The notes under the pieces were generated by a model. The model was not told where the DNA came from, did not search any database, and saw nothing but the letters and a program-made list of their open reading frames with translations. This document shows, one piece after another, positions 27,518-35,823 of a DNA stretch of 35,823 nt. The stretch's first letter is position 1, and every line of letters begins with the position of its first letter. Source of the DNA: Kofleriaceae bacterium (GTDB taxonomy: Bacteria > Myxococcota_A > Polyangia > Haliangiales > Haliangiaceae); contig CBDCCZ010000028.1 in assembly GCA_965215005.1 (NCBI GenBank), forward strand, positions 1 through 35,823, given 5' to 3'. A program made the position numbers and the translations under genes.

Positions 27518-29578
27518 GTGGCTGAAGACGCCAGCGCCTTGCTAGCACGCGCCGGCCTCATCAGTGAGGCCCAGCTCCAGGCGGCTCGTCGCGCGTGCGC
27601 GGAGACCGGCGGCACGGTCGGCGAGCACCTGGTGTTGGCGGGTGCCATCGCCGACGAGGATCTGGCCGCATTCTATCGCGATCGCCTGTTGGTACCGCAG
27701 ATCGACCCCAATCGGCTCGCGCGCATCCCACCAGCGCTCATCGAGGTCCTGCCCTTGGACATGGCGGTGGAGCTTCGCTGCGTTCCGGTGGCCTACGATC
27801 GCGAGCGCCATCTGCTGCTGGCCATGGCCGATCCCAGCGCGACTCGCGCGGTCGACGAAATCGGCTTCTTCACCGGCGAATCGGTCGTGCGAACGGTGGC
27901 GACGCAGACGCAAATCGCCTGGTGCCTTGCGCATTATTACGACACGCTCACCGAGCTCGGCCGAACACTGCTGCGGCCAGATGCGCCAATGCCGCCGGCG
28001 GCGTCCACAGCCCCCGAAGCGCGTCCTGCGACGCATCGACGTCGCACCGAGCGCCCAACCAATGAGGAGCTCGAGGGGCGGGTGGCGGTGCGCATTCGCG
28101 CGCTGCCAATGTCGGCCGAAGGGCAGATAATCTCGTTTGGGCGCGAAGACACGTCGCCGACCGGCCCGGTCAAGAAGCGGCCCGCATCGGTGCCGCCGGT
28201 GAACCCGCCCGAGCTGGTGCCGCGTTACGGCGAGGTTGCGGTGCGCGAGGCGCGGGAGGAATCGGGCCGGGCGCCGCTGCCTACCGTGGTCGTCGAGGTC
28301 GAGCCGGCGGACGCCGACGCCTCCGCGGAGATCCTCCTCGACCAAGTGCGACGCGCGGCTCCGCAGGCGTTTGCACCCGAGCCCGGCGACACGGCCGCAA
28401 GCGAGCGCGACGGTGCTCGGCCAGCCATCGCGGAGGATCCGGTTGCGGCCGATCCCTTTGCCGATTACGACACCCCCGAGGGCATCGAACCCGTCGAAGA
28501 ACCGGCTGCAACCGCGCAACAGCCAGACGACGTGGTCCTGCTCGAGACCCGCAAACCGGAGCGCCGTCGCTCGGTGAAGCCGACCCGCCTGGGCATGGCC
28601 GTAGGTAGCGCGACGCAGGCGCCCGTGGCCGCTCGCGCGTCGTCTACCGAGGCCGCCACGCAACGGGTTCCCGTCATCAGCGGCCCGGCGGCACCAACGC
28701 AGCGCTACCCCGAGCCGCCCAACGCCGCGCACGCTCTGGCGCCCACGTCTGAGCCGCCGCAAGCCGGTGGCCCTGGCGCCGCGCCATCGACGGCTCTCGC
28801 CGCCAAAGATGACCAGCCGACTCGCGCTCTGGGCGGCAGGCAACCCGAGCCCCACCCCGGCGCACCGACCGCTATCGGCGACGAGATCACCACGGCGTAC
28901 CAGCGGCCAAGCACCGCCGAGCTCGATGCGCAGTGGGGCGAGGACGGTCCGCCGGGAACCACGATTCCGCCCAGCTATCTCGGTGCCTCGCCCACTGCCT
29001 TAGACGAAGAGCTAGGCGATGACGCACCAACTCCGGTCACCGTGGAGAGCGCGCCACCGACGGCGAGCACTCTAACGCCCGCCGATCACCGCGACCTCGA
29101 AGACGACGCGCTGGTGCTCGTCGACCTGGTGCGCAAGCTCGATCGCGCGAGTCGCCGCGACGAGATCATCGACGCCATGCTCGAGCACCTCGCTAGCAGT
29201 CACGAGCGCGTCGCGTTCTTCGTGGTGGGAGCAGGCGAATTGCGCTGCTTTGCGCGTCGCGGCCATGATCCGGCGTCGAGTGCTCCCCACGCGCGGCTGT
29301 CGCTAGAGACGTCCTCGACGTTCCAAGACATCGTCGGCACGCGTCTGCCGTTCCGCGGGCCCGTGGCGGATCCACCCTCACAGCAGCTCGTGGGCGATGT
29401 CCTCGGGGCGGCGCCGCAACACATGCTCGGCCTGCCCGTGGCAGTCCGCGGCCGCGTGGTCGGCGTGCTCTACGCCGATCGACCTCGGCGACGTGTATTC
29501 GACGCCCAGCTCGCCGTCATGACTCGTGCCGCCGGCGTCGCCTTCGAGCGCATTCTGCAGGCAAAGAAGAGCGGCTGA
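27518..29578 (+). CDS. MshEN/GspE-N domain protein with long disordered linker and C-terminal GAF-like domain
   Basis: LARAGLISEAQL...VGEHLVLAGAI..L and LLLAMADP at the N-terminus; ERVAFF..LPVAVRGRVVGVLYAD at the C-terminus; no ATPase. GTG 27518 follows GGAG. Confidence 0.8.
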   Translation: MAEDASALLARAGLISEAQLQAARRACAETGGTVGEHLVLAGAIADEDLAAFYRDRLLVPQIDPNRLARIPPALIEVLPLDMAVELRCVPVAYDRERHLLLAMADPSATRAVDEIGFFTGESVVRTVATQTQIAWCLAHYYDTLTELGRTLLRPDAPMPPAASTAPEARPATHRRRTERPTNEELEGRVAVRIRALPMSAEGQIISFGREDTSPTGPVKKRPASVPPVNPPELVPRYGEVAVREAREESGRAPLPTVVVEVEPADADASAEILLDQVRRAAPQAFAPEPGDTAASERDGARPAIAEDPVAADPFADYDTPEGIEPVEEPAATAQQPDDVVLLETRKPERRRSVKPTRLGMAVGSATQAPVAARASSTEAATQRVPVISGPAAPTQRYPEPPNAAHALAPTSEPPQAGGPGAAPSTALAAKDDQPTRALGGRQPEPHPGAPTAIGDEITTAYQRPSTAELDAQWGEDGPPGTTIPPSYLGASPTALDEELGDDAPTPVTVESAPPTASTLTPADHRDLEDDALVLVDLVRKLDRASRRDEIIDAMLEHLASSHERVAFFVVGAGELRCFARRGHDPASSAPHARLSLETSSTFQDIVGTRLPFRGPVADPPSQQLVGDVLGAAPQHMLGLPVAVRGRVVGVLYADRPRRRVFDAQLAVMTRAAGVAFERILQAKKSG

Positions 29579-29592
29579 GGAAGCCGCCGTCT

Positions 29593-31533
29593 TCACACCA
29601 AGCTGGTCTGCCCCGTCACCAACTCGCTGGTTGCGAGGCGCCGGCGATGCGCCTCACGCCGGACCTCGTCCCACAGCACCGGATGACGCGACACCACGTC
29701 GTAGAACTCGCGTGGCGGCAACATCGCGAGCTCGGTAGGCCCGGTGACGGTTACGGTCGCGCTGGCCACGCCACCGGCGAGCAATGACATCTCGCCAAAG
29801 TACGCGCCTTCCCCCAGGGTCGCGAGCAACACCGCGCGTTGCTCAGCGACCCGCTTGGTGATCTCCACGGCTCCGAGCACGATCAAGAAAAATCCTCCTG
29901 CGGGCGCTCCCTCGGTAACGATCACCTGGCCCGACTCGCAGCGTATCGGCACGAAGCGCTCGAGGAGCGCGCCGCGCCGCTCGGCCGCTAGCGGTGCAAA
30001 GAAGGAGGCGGTGGCCAACAGCGTGGCGAGCAATCGCTGGCGATACACGCTCTCGAGAATCGGACCGACCGCGGCGTGCGAGGCGGCAAGCTCGCGCAGC
30101 ACGCGCCGCGGGATCTCGAAGATGTCGGAGTCGCAGGTGGCTTCAACCGTGGCGTGGCGACGGCGGTCTGCGAGCAAGGCGAACTCGCCAAACAACGCGC
30201 CGTCACTGAGGCGAGCGACCTCGATGAGCTCGTCGCCGGCGAAGGGATCACGCTTGCGCACGCTCACCTCGCCGGTCGCGATGACGTAGCAGGCCTCGCC
30301 CACGTCGCCTTCACAGACGATGCGTTGGCCGGCGCGAAAGCGAATGAGACGCATCCGCTGCGCGAGCTCCTCGAGTGCCGCAACCGGCATCGCGGCGAAG
30401 GCGGCAAGCGGCGGGTCGACGGCGGTGCCATCCGGCGCCAAGGCACGCACGGTCTCGGCGAAGGGAGCGGCAAAGGCCCGCTCGAGCTCCATTCCCGAAT
30501 CTTGGGGCGCCCGCACAAAACCGCGTCGCGACGCTGCAGAGCTTGGCAGCTCTTGGGGCGAGGTTGAAGGCCGCCCCGGATTGGTCGGCGAGTCTTCGAA
30601 GGGCTCCCTGGCAGTATGGCCAGCGGGTGAGGCGACCGCAGACCGCGTTGGCAAGCGCTGCTCACGACCCGCCGTTTGAGACATCGCCGGCCGCGGATCG
30701 TCATCGGCCAGCCGCGTGGGCGCCTCATCGAACACCGACTCCAGGGAGCCGATCTCCTCGGCGAAGTCATCGGCGACGATGGTCGGCTCACTCGCAGGCG
30801 CCGGGTTTCGCCGCATTTCTGAGGCGAGCGGTAAACTCGCTGCATGCTCAACGGGCGGCAGCGGCGCAGGTAATCGCGGGATGATCTGCGGGGGCGCGGA
30901 ATCTCGTCGGGCTCGTGCCAACGACGGGACCCTGGGCGCATCGAAGCCGCGCGAGGTCTCCCGCACGAGGGAGGGCGCACGTGCCAATCGCGGCGCTTGC
31001 CGCGACTCGTGCAGTGGCGGCTGGCTCGAGGTGCGCGAGCGCAAGGGCCGAGTCGGCCGCGCTGCGTCGAAGGGCGCTAGCGCCGGGTCACCATGCGGGG
31101 TGAGGCCCGAGTGCTGACCGAACTCTGAGCTGCGCTTGCCCAGGGCGCGCGCCGGACCCGGCGGAGGCGGCGGCACGACGCGATGCACGCTCGACGAGGA
31201 GGTCTGGGGCCGAACCAGCAGCGGACGCCGCGGGTCCGCCACCTTGGTCGTCGCGTGCTCTTCGACGCTTTGCATCACCTCGAGCTCAGCGAGCAGCTGC
31301 AGGGTCTCCGTCTGCCCCGGTTCCAGCTCGACCACGCTCCGACACACGGCAGTGGCCTGCGCCAGCCTTCCTTGTGCGTGATACGCCACCGCGACGCTGC
31401 GATACAGCTCGACGGCCTCACGCACTCGCCCCAGCTCCCGATAGGCGCCCGCCAGCTTGACGCGCACCACGAGGTTTTGTGGGGTCTTGCGGAGCTGCTT
31501 CTCAAGCTCCTTGATGCCTCGCTTGCTTCTCAT
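29593..31533 (-). CDS. TPR + two cyclic-nucleotide-binding domain protein
   Basis: N-terminal TPR, Pro/Arg linker, then EGDVG..CYVIATGEV..FGEFALL..RHATV and EGAP..FFLIVLGAV..FGEMSLL. Confidence 0.88.
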   Translation of the reverse strand: MRSKRGIKELEKQLRKTPQNLVVRVKLAGAYRELGRVREAVELYRSVAVAYHAQGRLAQATAVCRSVVELEPGQTETLQLLAELEVMQSVEEHATTKVADPRRPLLVRPQTSSSSVHRVVPPPPPGPARALGKRSSEFGQHSGLTPHGDPALAPFDAARPTRPLRSRTSSQPPLHESRQAPRLARAPSLVRETSRGFDAPRVPSLARARRDSAPPQIIPRLPAPLPPVEHAASLPLASEMRRNPAPASEPTIVADDFAEEIGSLESVFDEAPTRLADDDPRPAMSQTAGREQRLPTRSAVASPAGHTAREPFEDSPTNPGRPSTSPQELPSSAASRRGFVRAPQDSGMELERAFAAPFAETVRALAPDGTAVDPPLAAFAAMPVAALEELAQRMRLIRFRAGQRIVCEGDVGEACYVIATGEVSVRKRDPFAGDELIEVARLSDGALFGEFALLADRRRHATVEATCDSDIFEIPRRVLRELAASHAAVGPILESVYRQRLLATLLATASFFAPLAAERRGALLERFVPIRCESGQVIVTEGAPAGGFFLIVLGAVEITKRVAEQRAVLLATLGEGAYFGEMSLLAGGVASATVTVTGPTELAMLPPREFYDVVSRHPVLWDEVRREAHRRRLATSELVTGQTSLV

Positions 31534-31619
31534 CCCCCGCGCCGATCGCGCTCCCTAGTAGAGACGCGAGCGGCAATCATACCCTGAGCCGAGGGGGAAG
31601 GCGCGCCGAGGGTGCGCAG

Positions 31620-32192
31620 CTACTGCGGCGTGAGCGTCACCGGCGCCTGGAACGCGACGCTGCGCGGCGGCGCCGGGACCGACCATTTCGCGGTGACGGC
31701 GCGCATGCATTCATCGAAGCTCGAGGAGATCTGCGGCGCGAACGACGAACCCGCCGCCTTTCCTGCGGTGCTAAACCGGACGTTGACGTTGAGCGTGACG
31801 GTGCGCGCCTGCAGCGATGCGTTGTTCTTCAGCGCTTGCTGGTAGCATTTTTTGATCGCGCCACGGGAGCCATTCACGTTGCTCAAAAAGGCCTCGTAAA
31901 GGGCTTTGTCGTCGACCGCCGCCGTCCCGGTGCCAGCCCGACCGCTCGGACCTTTGCCGGTGATCTCAAAGGCATCGCCCTCGATGCGCACCACCACGTC
32001 GCCATCGAGCGCGCCGGTCTCGAGCTTGCGCACCCGCTCGTCGAGCTCGGCTTTGCGCTGCTCGAGCTCTTTCATGTTGTTGCGACAGATCTCGAGCGCC
32101 TTGAGAGTCTCAGGGCTGTCGCGATACTTCGTTTCGCCTTTGCACCCCGACGCGACCAAGACGAGTGCCACCATTGCCAACCAGCGATTCAT
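31620..32192 (-). CDS. Lipoprotein with coiled coil and AgmX/PglI C-terminal-like domain
   Basis: Lipobox ASGC, coiled coil, IKKCYQQALKNNASL...FDECMRAVTAKW...FQAPVTL; GAGGA RBS. Confidence 0.82.
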   Translation of the reverse strand: MNRWLAMVALVLVASGCKGETKYRDSPETLKALEICRNNMKELEQRKAELDERVRKLETGALDGDVVVRIEGDAFEITGKGPSGRAGTGTAAVDDKALYEAFLSNVNGSRGAIKKCYQQALKNNASLQARTVTLNVNVRFSTAGKAAGSSFAPQISSSFDECMRAVTAKWSVPAPPRSVAFQAPVTLTPQ

Positions 32193-32225
32193 AGGGTCCT
32201 CTCTCGAAAAGCGGAGCGTAGAAGC

Positions 32226-32714
32226 TCAGGCGTTGGAGTCGATGCTAGAGGCACCGGCTGCCGCGTCTCCCTCGCTACCATCGGCCGATTCCGTCTCATC
32301 TTCAGCGGTCGGACGAGTCGCGGCCGAAGCGCTCGTGGGCGAGTGAATGAGCCTGCGGACGACTCTGCCACCAAGGATGTGCTGATCGACCACGGTCGCC
32401 ACCTCCTCGACAGCAAGAAAATTATACAACGCGCTGCGGCCAACGCGCCGCGTTGGCGGCGTGGCAAAGAGAAAGCGCGCCGTCGCCTCGTCCCCCGGAG
32501 GGAGCTCGCGGACCAGCACGTTCGGTCCCATCGTGCACCGTCCAAAGCAACTGTGCCAGGCTATTTCCACGCGTCCTGTTGCCCGCCGGTCCGCGAGCAC
32601 TCTGCCGAGCTCACGGTGAAGTGCCGCCGAGTCGCGCTGGCCACCGCACTCCGGCCCGCGACACACCAGCACACGATATTTCCGCAGCACGGGCACCAAC
32701 GATGATGATCGCAT
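32226..32714 (-). CDS. Thioredoxin-like (2Fe-2S) ferredoxin domain protein
   Basis: VLVCRGPEC...SCFGRCTMGPNVLV...LY..L...VVDQHILGGRVVRRL. The start is 32714 or 32696. Confidence 0.85.
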   Translation of the reverse strand: MRSSSLVPVLRKYRVLVCRGPECGGQRDSAALHRELGRVLADRRATGRVEIAWHSCFGRCTMGPNVLVRELPPGDEATARFLFATPPTRRVGRSALYNFLAVEEVATVVDQHILGGRVVRRLIHSPTSASAATRPTAEDETESADGSEGDAAAGASSIDSNA

Positions 32715-32932
32715 AGGAGCCGCCGGCGTCCACACCGGTCGATGAAAAATCCGCCGGGCCATCCGGTGCTGTCCGGTGCAAACGTGCGCGAAACACCGCC
32801 ATTGGCTCAAGCGCCCGCAGCCAGGAAACCAGCCGCTAGCAACCATGGCAAGTGCGCGGGGTTTGCACGAGGACGCCGCGGCCGAGACTGTGGCGGCGTT
32901 CAGCCGGCGACACCGTGGCGGCCGTGGAGTGT

Positions 32933-33478
32933 CTAGTCGTCGTCGCTAGTGGACGGCGACTCCTCGGTGAAGTCCACCTTTCCAGAGTAGCGTTCGGCCT
33001 CACCGAGGATCTTGAACTTCCCCGATGCGAGCACCTTGCCGCGATTCTCCACCGTCATCAGCAGGTGGCGATTGACGCCAAACTTCTCGCGGTCGAGCTT
33101 GAGGAACGAAATGATGCTGGTCTGGCCGCGCCCATCCAAGTACTGCTCGAAGGAGGTGACCATCTGTCGGGTGCCCCCGGAGACATCGAAGATCTTGATG
33201 GTTACCTCCAGGTCGTTCAGTGGCCGCGCGAAGAAGGCACCAAACCTCACCTTCCAGCGCTTGTTGTCCTTGTCCTCCCAGAACGTGTCCTTGGATACCT
33301 TGCGGACCTTGCGCACGTAGTCGACCTTGCTCTTGGCCTGGGTCGGAAACTTCTTCTCGGCGAACACGATCTTGCCGTGAAAGGGCCGCGGCGCCGGCGC
33401 GTCGGCGTAGGCCGCCCCCGTGACGGTGAGGAGCGCGACAGCGACTCCAAAGACTGCGGTGCGAAGAGCTAAATACAT
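32933..33478 (-). CDS. Hypothetical exported protein
   Basis: AGGAG RBS, signal peptide ending AAYA, Lys-rich beta-type body, strongly GC3-biased codons. Confidence 0.8.
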   Translation of the reverse strand: MYLALRTAVFGVAVALLTVTGAAYADAPAPRPFHGKIVFAEKKFPTQAKSKVDYVRKVRKVSKDTFWEDKDNKRWKVRFGAFFARPLNDLEVTIKIFDVSGGTRQMVTSFEQYLDGRGQTSIISFLKLDREKFGVNRHLLMTVENRGKVLASGKFKILGEAERYSGKVDFTEESPSTSDDD

Positions 33479-33629
33479 ACGGCAGACATCTCCTGGTGCA
33501 TCGTCGACCCCTCCCCTGGGACCGGACTCCTGCGCCTTGGACGTCACTTTAGGCGGTCTATGCAGACCCACACAAGCACACCGACTTAACCGCTCCTCAC
33601 GCGCAAGCCGTCATGGTCATACGGCATCG

Positions 33630-33645
33630 GCATCGCGCGAGCCAA
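33630..33645 (-). promoter_or_regulatory. Possible sigma54 -24/-12 promoter
   Basis: Minus strand TTGGCTCGCGCGATGC (TGGC..., GG-N10-GC) in the intergenic gap upstream of 33478. Confidence 0.35.
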
Positions 33646-33680
33646 CGAATTGGAGACGCTGCCGTCTCGCCGGCCTCCGG

Positions 33681-34613
33681 CTATCGCTCTGCGCCCGCGA
33701 TACCGCGTGGCTTTGCGACTGCCGAGCTCGCACTCGCAGAGTGAAGGAGTCGCTCGATGGCGTCGAGCTGCTCCGACGGAGCCGTCTGAGCGCGCCTGGC
33801 GATCAGGAGCGCCCGCTGAGCGAGGATACAATAGAGCTCGCTGGCGCTGCTCCCACCGAGGGCCTCGAGATGACGCGCAACGGTCCCGGCATCGCCCCGG
33901 CGCAGTGGTCCAGTGAGACCGCCATCGATGCCACTGGCCTCGATGTTGTCGAGCGCGCCGCGGGCCAGTGGCAGCAACGCGCCGAGCAGCGCTTCTCCTT
34001 CGACACCTGCGGTGGCCAACGCCGCAGACGCAGCGTCGATCAGCGCGACGACGTAATTGGAGGCCAGCGCCGCCGCGGCGTGATAGGCGGCCATCTGCGC
34101 GCCGGACAACTCCAGCGGTGTGCCACCGATTGCTTGCACCAGCGCCAAGGCGGCCGCCTTGCCGCGCGCGGTACCTTCGACACCAAAGACGGCCCCCGGC
34201 AGGGCGCGGATGCCACTGCGACCATCTGCGATGGCGCGCAGCGGGTGCATGGTGCCGACACCGGCCACACGATCGGCAACCGACGAAAACGCCTCTTCGG
34301 CCGAACACGCACCAGAGCAGTGCAACAAGGTGTGCGTGGCGCCGAGCAGCCCAGTGCCGCAAAGCATCTCGGCCACGTCTGCGATGGCCTCATCACGCAC
34401 GGCGACCAACACGACATCGGCCTCGAGCAGTAGATCCGGGGGCGCCGCGGAGTACGCAGCCACACCTGCCATGGCTCCGGCCACGCGGGCCGCCGCGGGC
34501 CGCCTCGCCCACAGCCCCAGCACTGGAACGCCGCCGCGGCGGAGCGCACCTGCGAGCGCTGTCGCCACCGGACCCGCGCCGACGACGAAGGTATTAGGAG
34601 TTCGTTCTGTCAC
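33681..34613 (-). CDS. Rossmann-like + DUF2520 oxidoreductase (PanG-like)
   Basis: Motifs VVGAGPVA, AVRD, HCSGA, MHPL, YHAAAALASNY and LTGPLRRGDAGTVARHL; GTGA overlap with nadD. Confidence 0.88.
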   Translation of the reverse strand: MTERTPNTFVVGAGPVATALAGALRRGGVPVLGLWARRPAAARVAGAMAGVAAYSAAPPDLLLEADVVLVAVRDEAIADVAEMLCGTGLLGATHTLLHCSGACSAEEAFSSVADRVAGVGTMHPLRAIADGRSGIRALPGAVFGVEGTARGKAAALALVQAIGGTPLELSGAQMAAYHAAAALASNYVVALIDAASAALATAGVEGEALLGALLPLARGALDNIEASGIDGGLTGPLRRGDAGTVARHLEALGGSSASELYCILAQRALLIARRAQTAPSEQLDAIERLLHSASASSAVAKPRGIAGAER

Positions 34614-35161
34614 CGATAGAGCCCTGCCTGGCCGATATATTCGATCACGGCGCGCGACACCAGTCCCTCGACACGTTGACCGGCTCGCAGTCGCTTGCGC
34701 ACGTCGCTCGACGATAGCGCGGGCATCTCCAGGCCGGCGACTGCGTGATGGGAATACCCGCTTCGCCCTACGACGATGGGCGGCGCGGCGCGCTCGACCT
34801 CGTGCCAGCGATACCAGCGGTGGGTGTCTTGCAGAATGTCGGCTCCGATGACGAGGCGAAACCGGGTCTCCGGGTGGCGTCGCTGCAGCTCGAAAATTGT
34901 TTCCAGCATGCGGCTCTCGCCCGCATCGAGCTCCGCTTCGACCTCAGAAACACCCACGCGGCCGCCAAATCCTTGCGCGACGCGCTCGCACATCCTCACG
35001 CGGTCTGAAAACGGCGCGAGGTCCTTTTCAAACACGTGACGGTACGTAGGCACCATCCACAACGCGTCCACTGGAGCCGTCTCGAGAACGTACAAGCACA
35101 CGAGCGCGTGAGCTAGGTGCGGCGGATCAAAGCTGCCGCCATACAGGGCGATCGTCGGCAT
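34610..35161 (-). CDS. nadD: Nicotinate-nucleotide adenylyltransferase
   Basis: Motifs YGGSFDPPHLAH, LVIGAD..W..W and LSSSDVR. Confidence 0.92.
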   Translation of the reverse strand: MPTIALYGGSFDPPHLAHALVCLYVLETAPVDALWMVPTYRHVFEKDLAPFSDRVRMCERVAQGFGGRVGVSEVEAELDAGESRMLETIFELQRRHPETRFRLVIGADILQDTHRWYRWHEVERAAPPIVVGRSGYSHHAVAGLEMPALSSSDVRKRLRAGQRVEGLVSRAVIEYIGQAGLYR

Positions 35162-35228
35162 CAAACGGCTCGCCACCGGTTCGGGTTGAACCTCGCGGTC
35201 CTCTCACGCCCGCTCAAGAACGCTTCTA

Positions 35229-35823
35229 TCAGCGATAGAGCAGCCATCCGCGACGCTCCTCGCAAAACGCGACCTCGTCGGCCTTCCAGGTGTGGGCTAG
35301 CTCCTCAAGGCCCTGTCCCGCCGCGATACCCTCGCGAATACTCGCGGAGCCGGTCAGGAGATCGAAGGCCGCGATGTCATCGACGAACTCATAAGCCCGC
35401 GTACGCCACGCGAACGCCTCTGACCACCGCCGATAGATCGCTCGCACCAACGCGACGCCGCTGAGATAGGAGCAGAATCGCTCGCGATCCGTCACGTGGA
35501 GCTGGACACCGCCACACGGCTGTGCGGCGTGCTTTTGGAACATGGGCGTGAACGTCATCGGTCGCCATTGCACCCCAGGGAGCGACTCCGCGGCGAGATC
35601 GCGAGCAAGTTCGTGACCGTCTACGAACGGCGCACCTACATATTCGAACGGTCGCGTCGTCCCGCGGCCTTCGCTAAGCTCCGTTCCCTCCACCAGGCAC
35701 ATTCCTGGGTACACCAGCGCGGTGTCCTGCGTGGGCATATTGGGCGACGGCGCGACCCATGGCAGGCCGGTGGCGTCGTAGTACATGGCGCGCGACCAGC
35801 CGCGCATCTCGACCACCTGTAAC
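35229..35823 (-). CDS. DUF1343 / NamZ-family exo-beta-N-acetylmuramidase, C-terminal part (partial)
   Basis: Motifs WVAPSPNMPT..ALVYPG.C..EGT.LSEGRGTTRPFE, CGGVQLHV and FDLLTG; ends LLYR. Confidence 0.9.
   Translation of the reverse strand, partial: LQVVEMRGWSRAMYYDATGLPWVAPSPNMPTQDTALVYPGMCLVEGTELSEGRGTTRPFEYVGAPFVDGHELARDLAAESLPGVQWRPMTFTPMFQKHAAQPCGGVQLHVTDRERFCSYLSGVALVRAIYRRWSEAFAWRTRAYEFVDDIAAFDLLTGSASIREGIAAGQGLEELAHTWKADEVAFCEERRGWLLYR

Overview
High-GC window whose gene content (Ser/Thr kinase with PEGA, TPR-PEGA, AgmX/PglI-like tails, MYXO-CTERM, many Cys-rich lipoproteins) points to a myxobacterium. Left to right: scoA-scoB CoA-transferase; an IHF/HU gene; a TonB-dependent receptor with a 1-nt frameshift in its last strand, preceded by a His-rich exported ORF ending in RGPP and a 5' leader with alternative RBS-sequestering hairpins; a thiolase-hbd-crt-acyl-CoA dehydrogenase operon interleaved with three AgmX/PglI-domain lipoproteins (one fused to a bicupin); and a kelch lipoprotein. 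Next is an accessory block of about 10 kb (15.8-26.2 kb): membrane Ser/Thr kinase, two paralogous lipoproteins, TPR-PEGA, a tandem (Zn-ribbon-FHA-wHTH)x2 regulator, a lipoprotein resembling the kinase tail, a MYXO-CTERM serine protease and a wHTH regulator. The right end holds a cysteine desulfurase, MshEN-GAF and TPR-2xcNMP proteins, another AgmX-domain lipoprotein, a 2Fe-2S ferredoxin, DUF2520, nadD and a partial DUF1343 gene. No rRNA, tRNA, CRISPR array or IS element was seen. The best candidates for undescribed systems are the His-type ribosome-stalling leader controlling a metal TonB receptor and the kinase/FHA-wHTH signalling block. All calls come from motif recognition by eye; no database searches were run.
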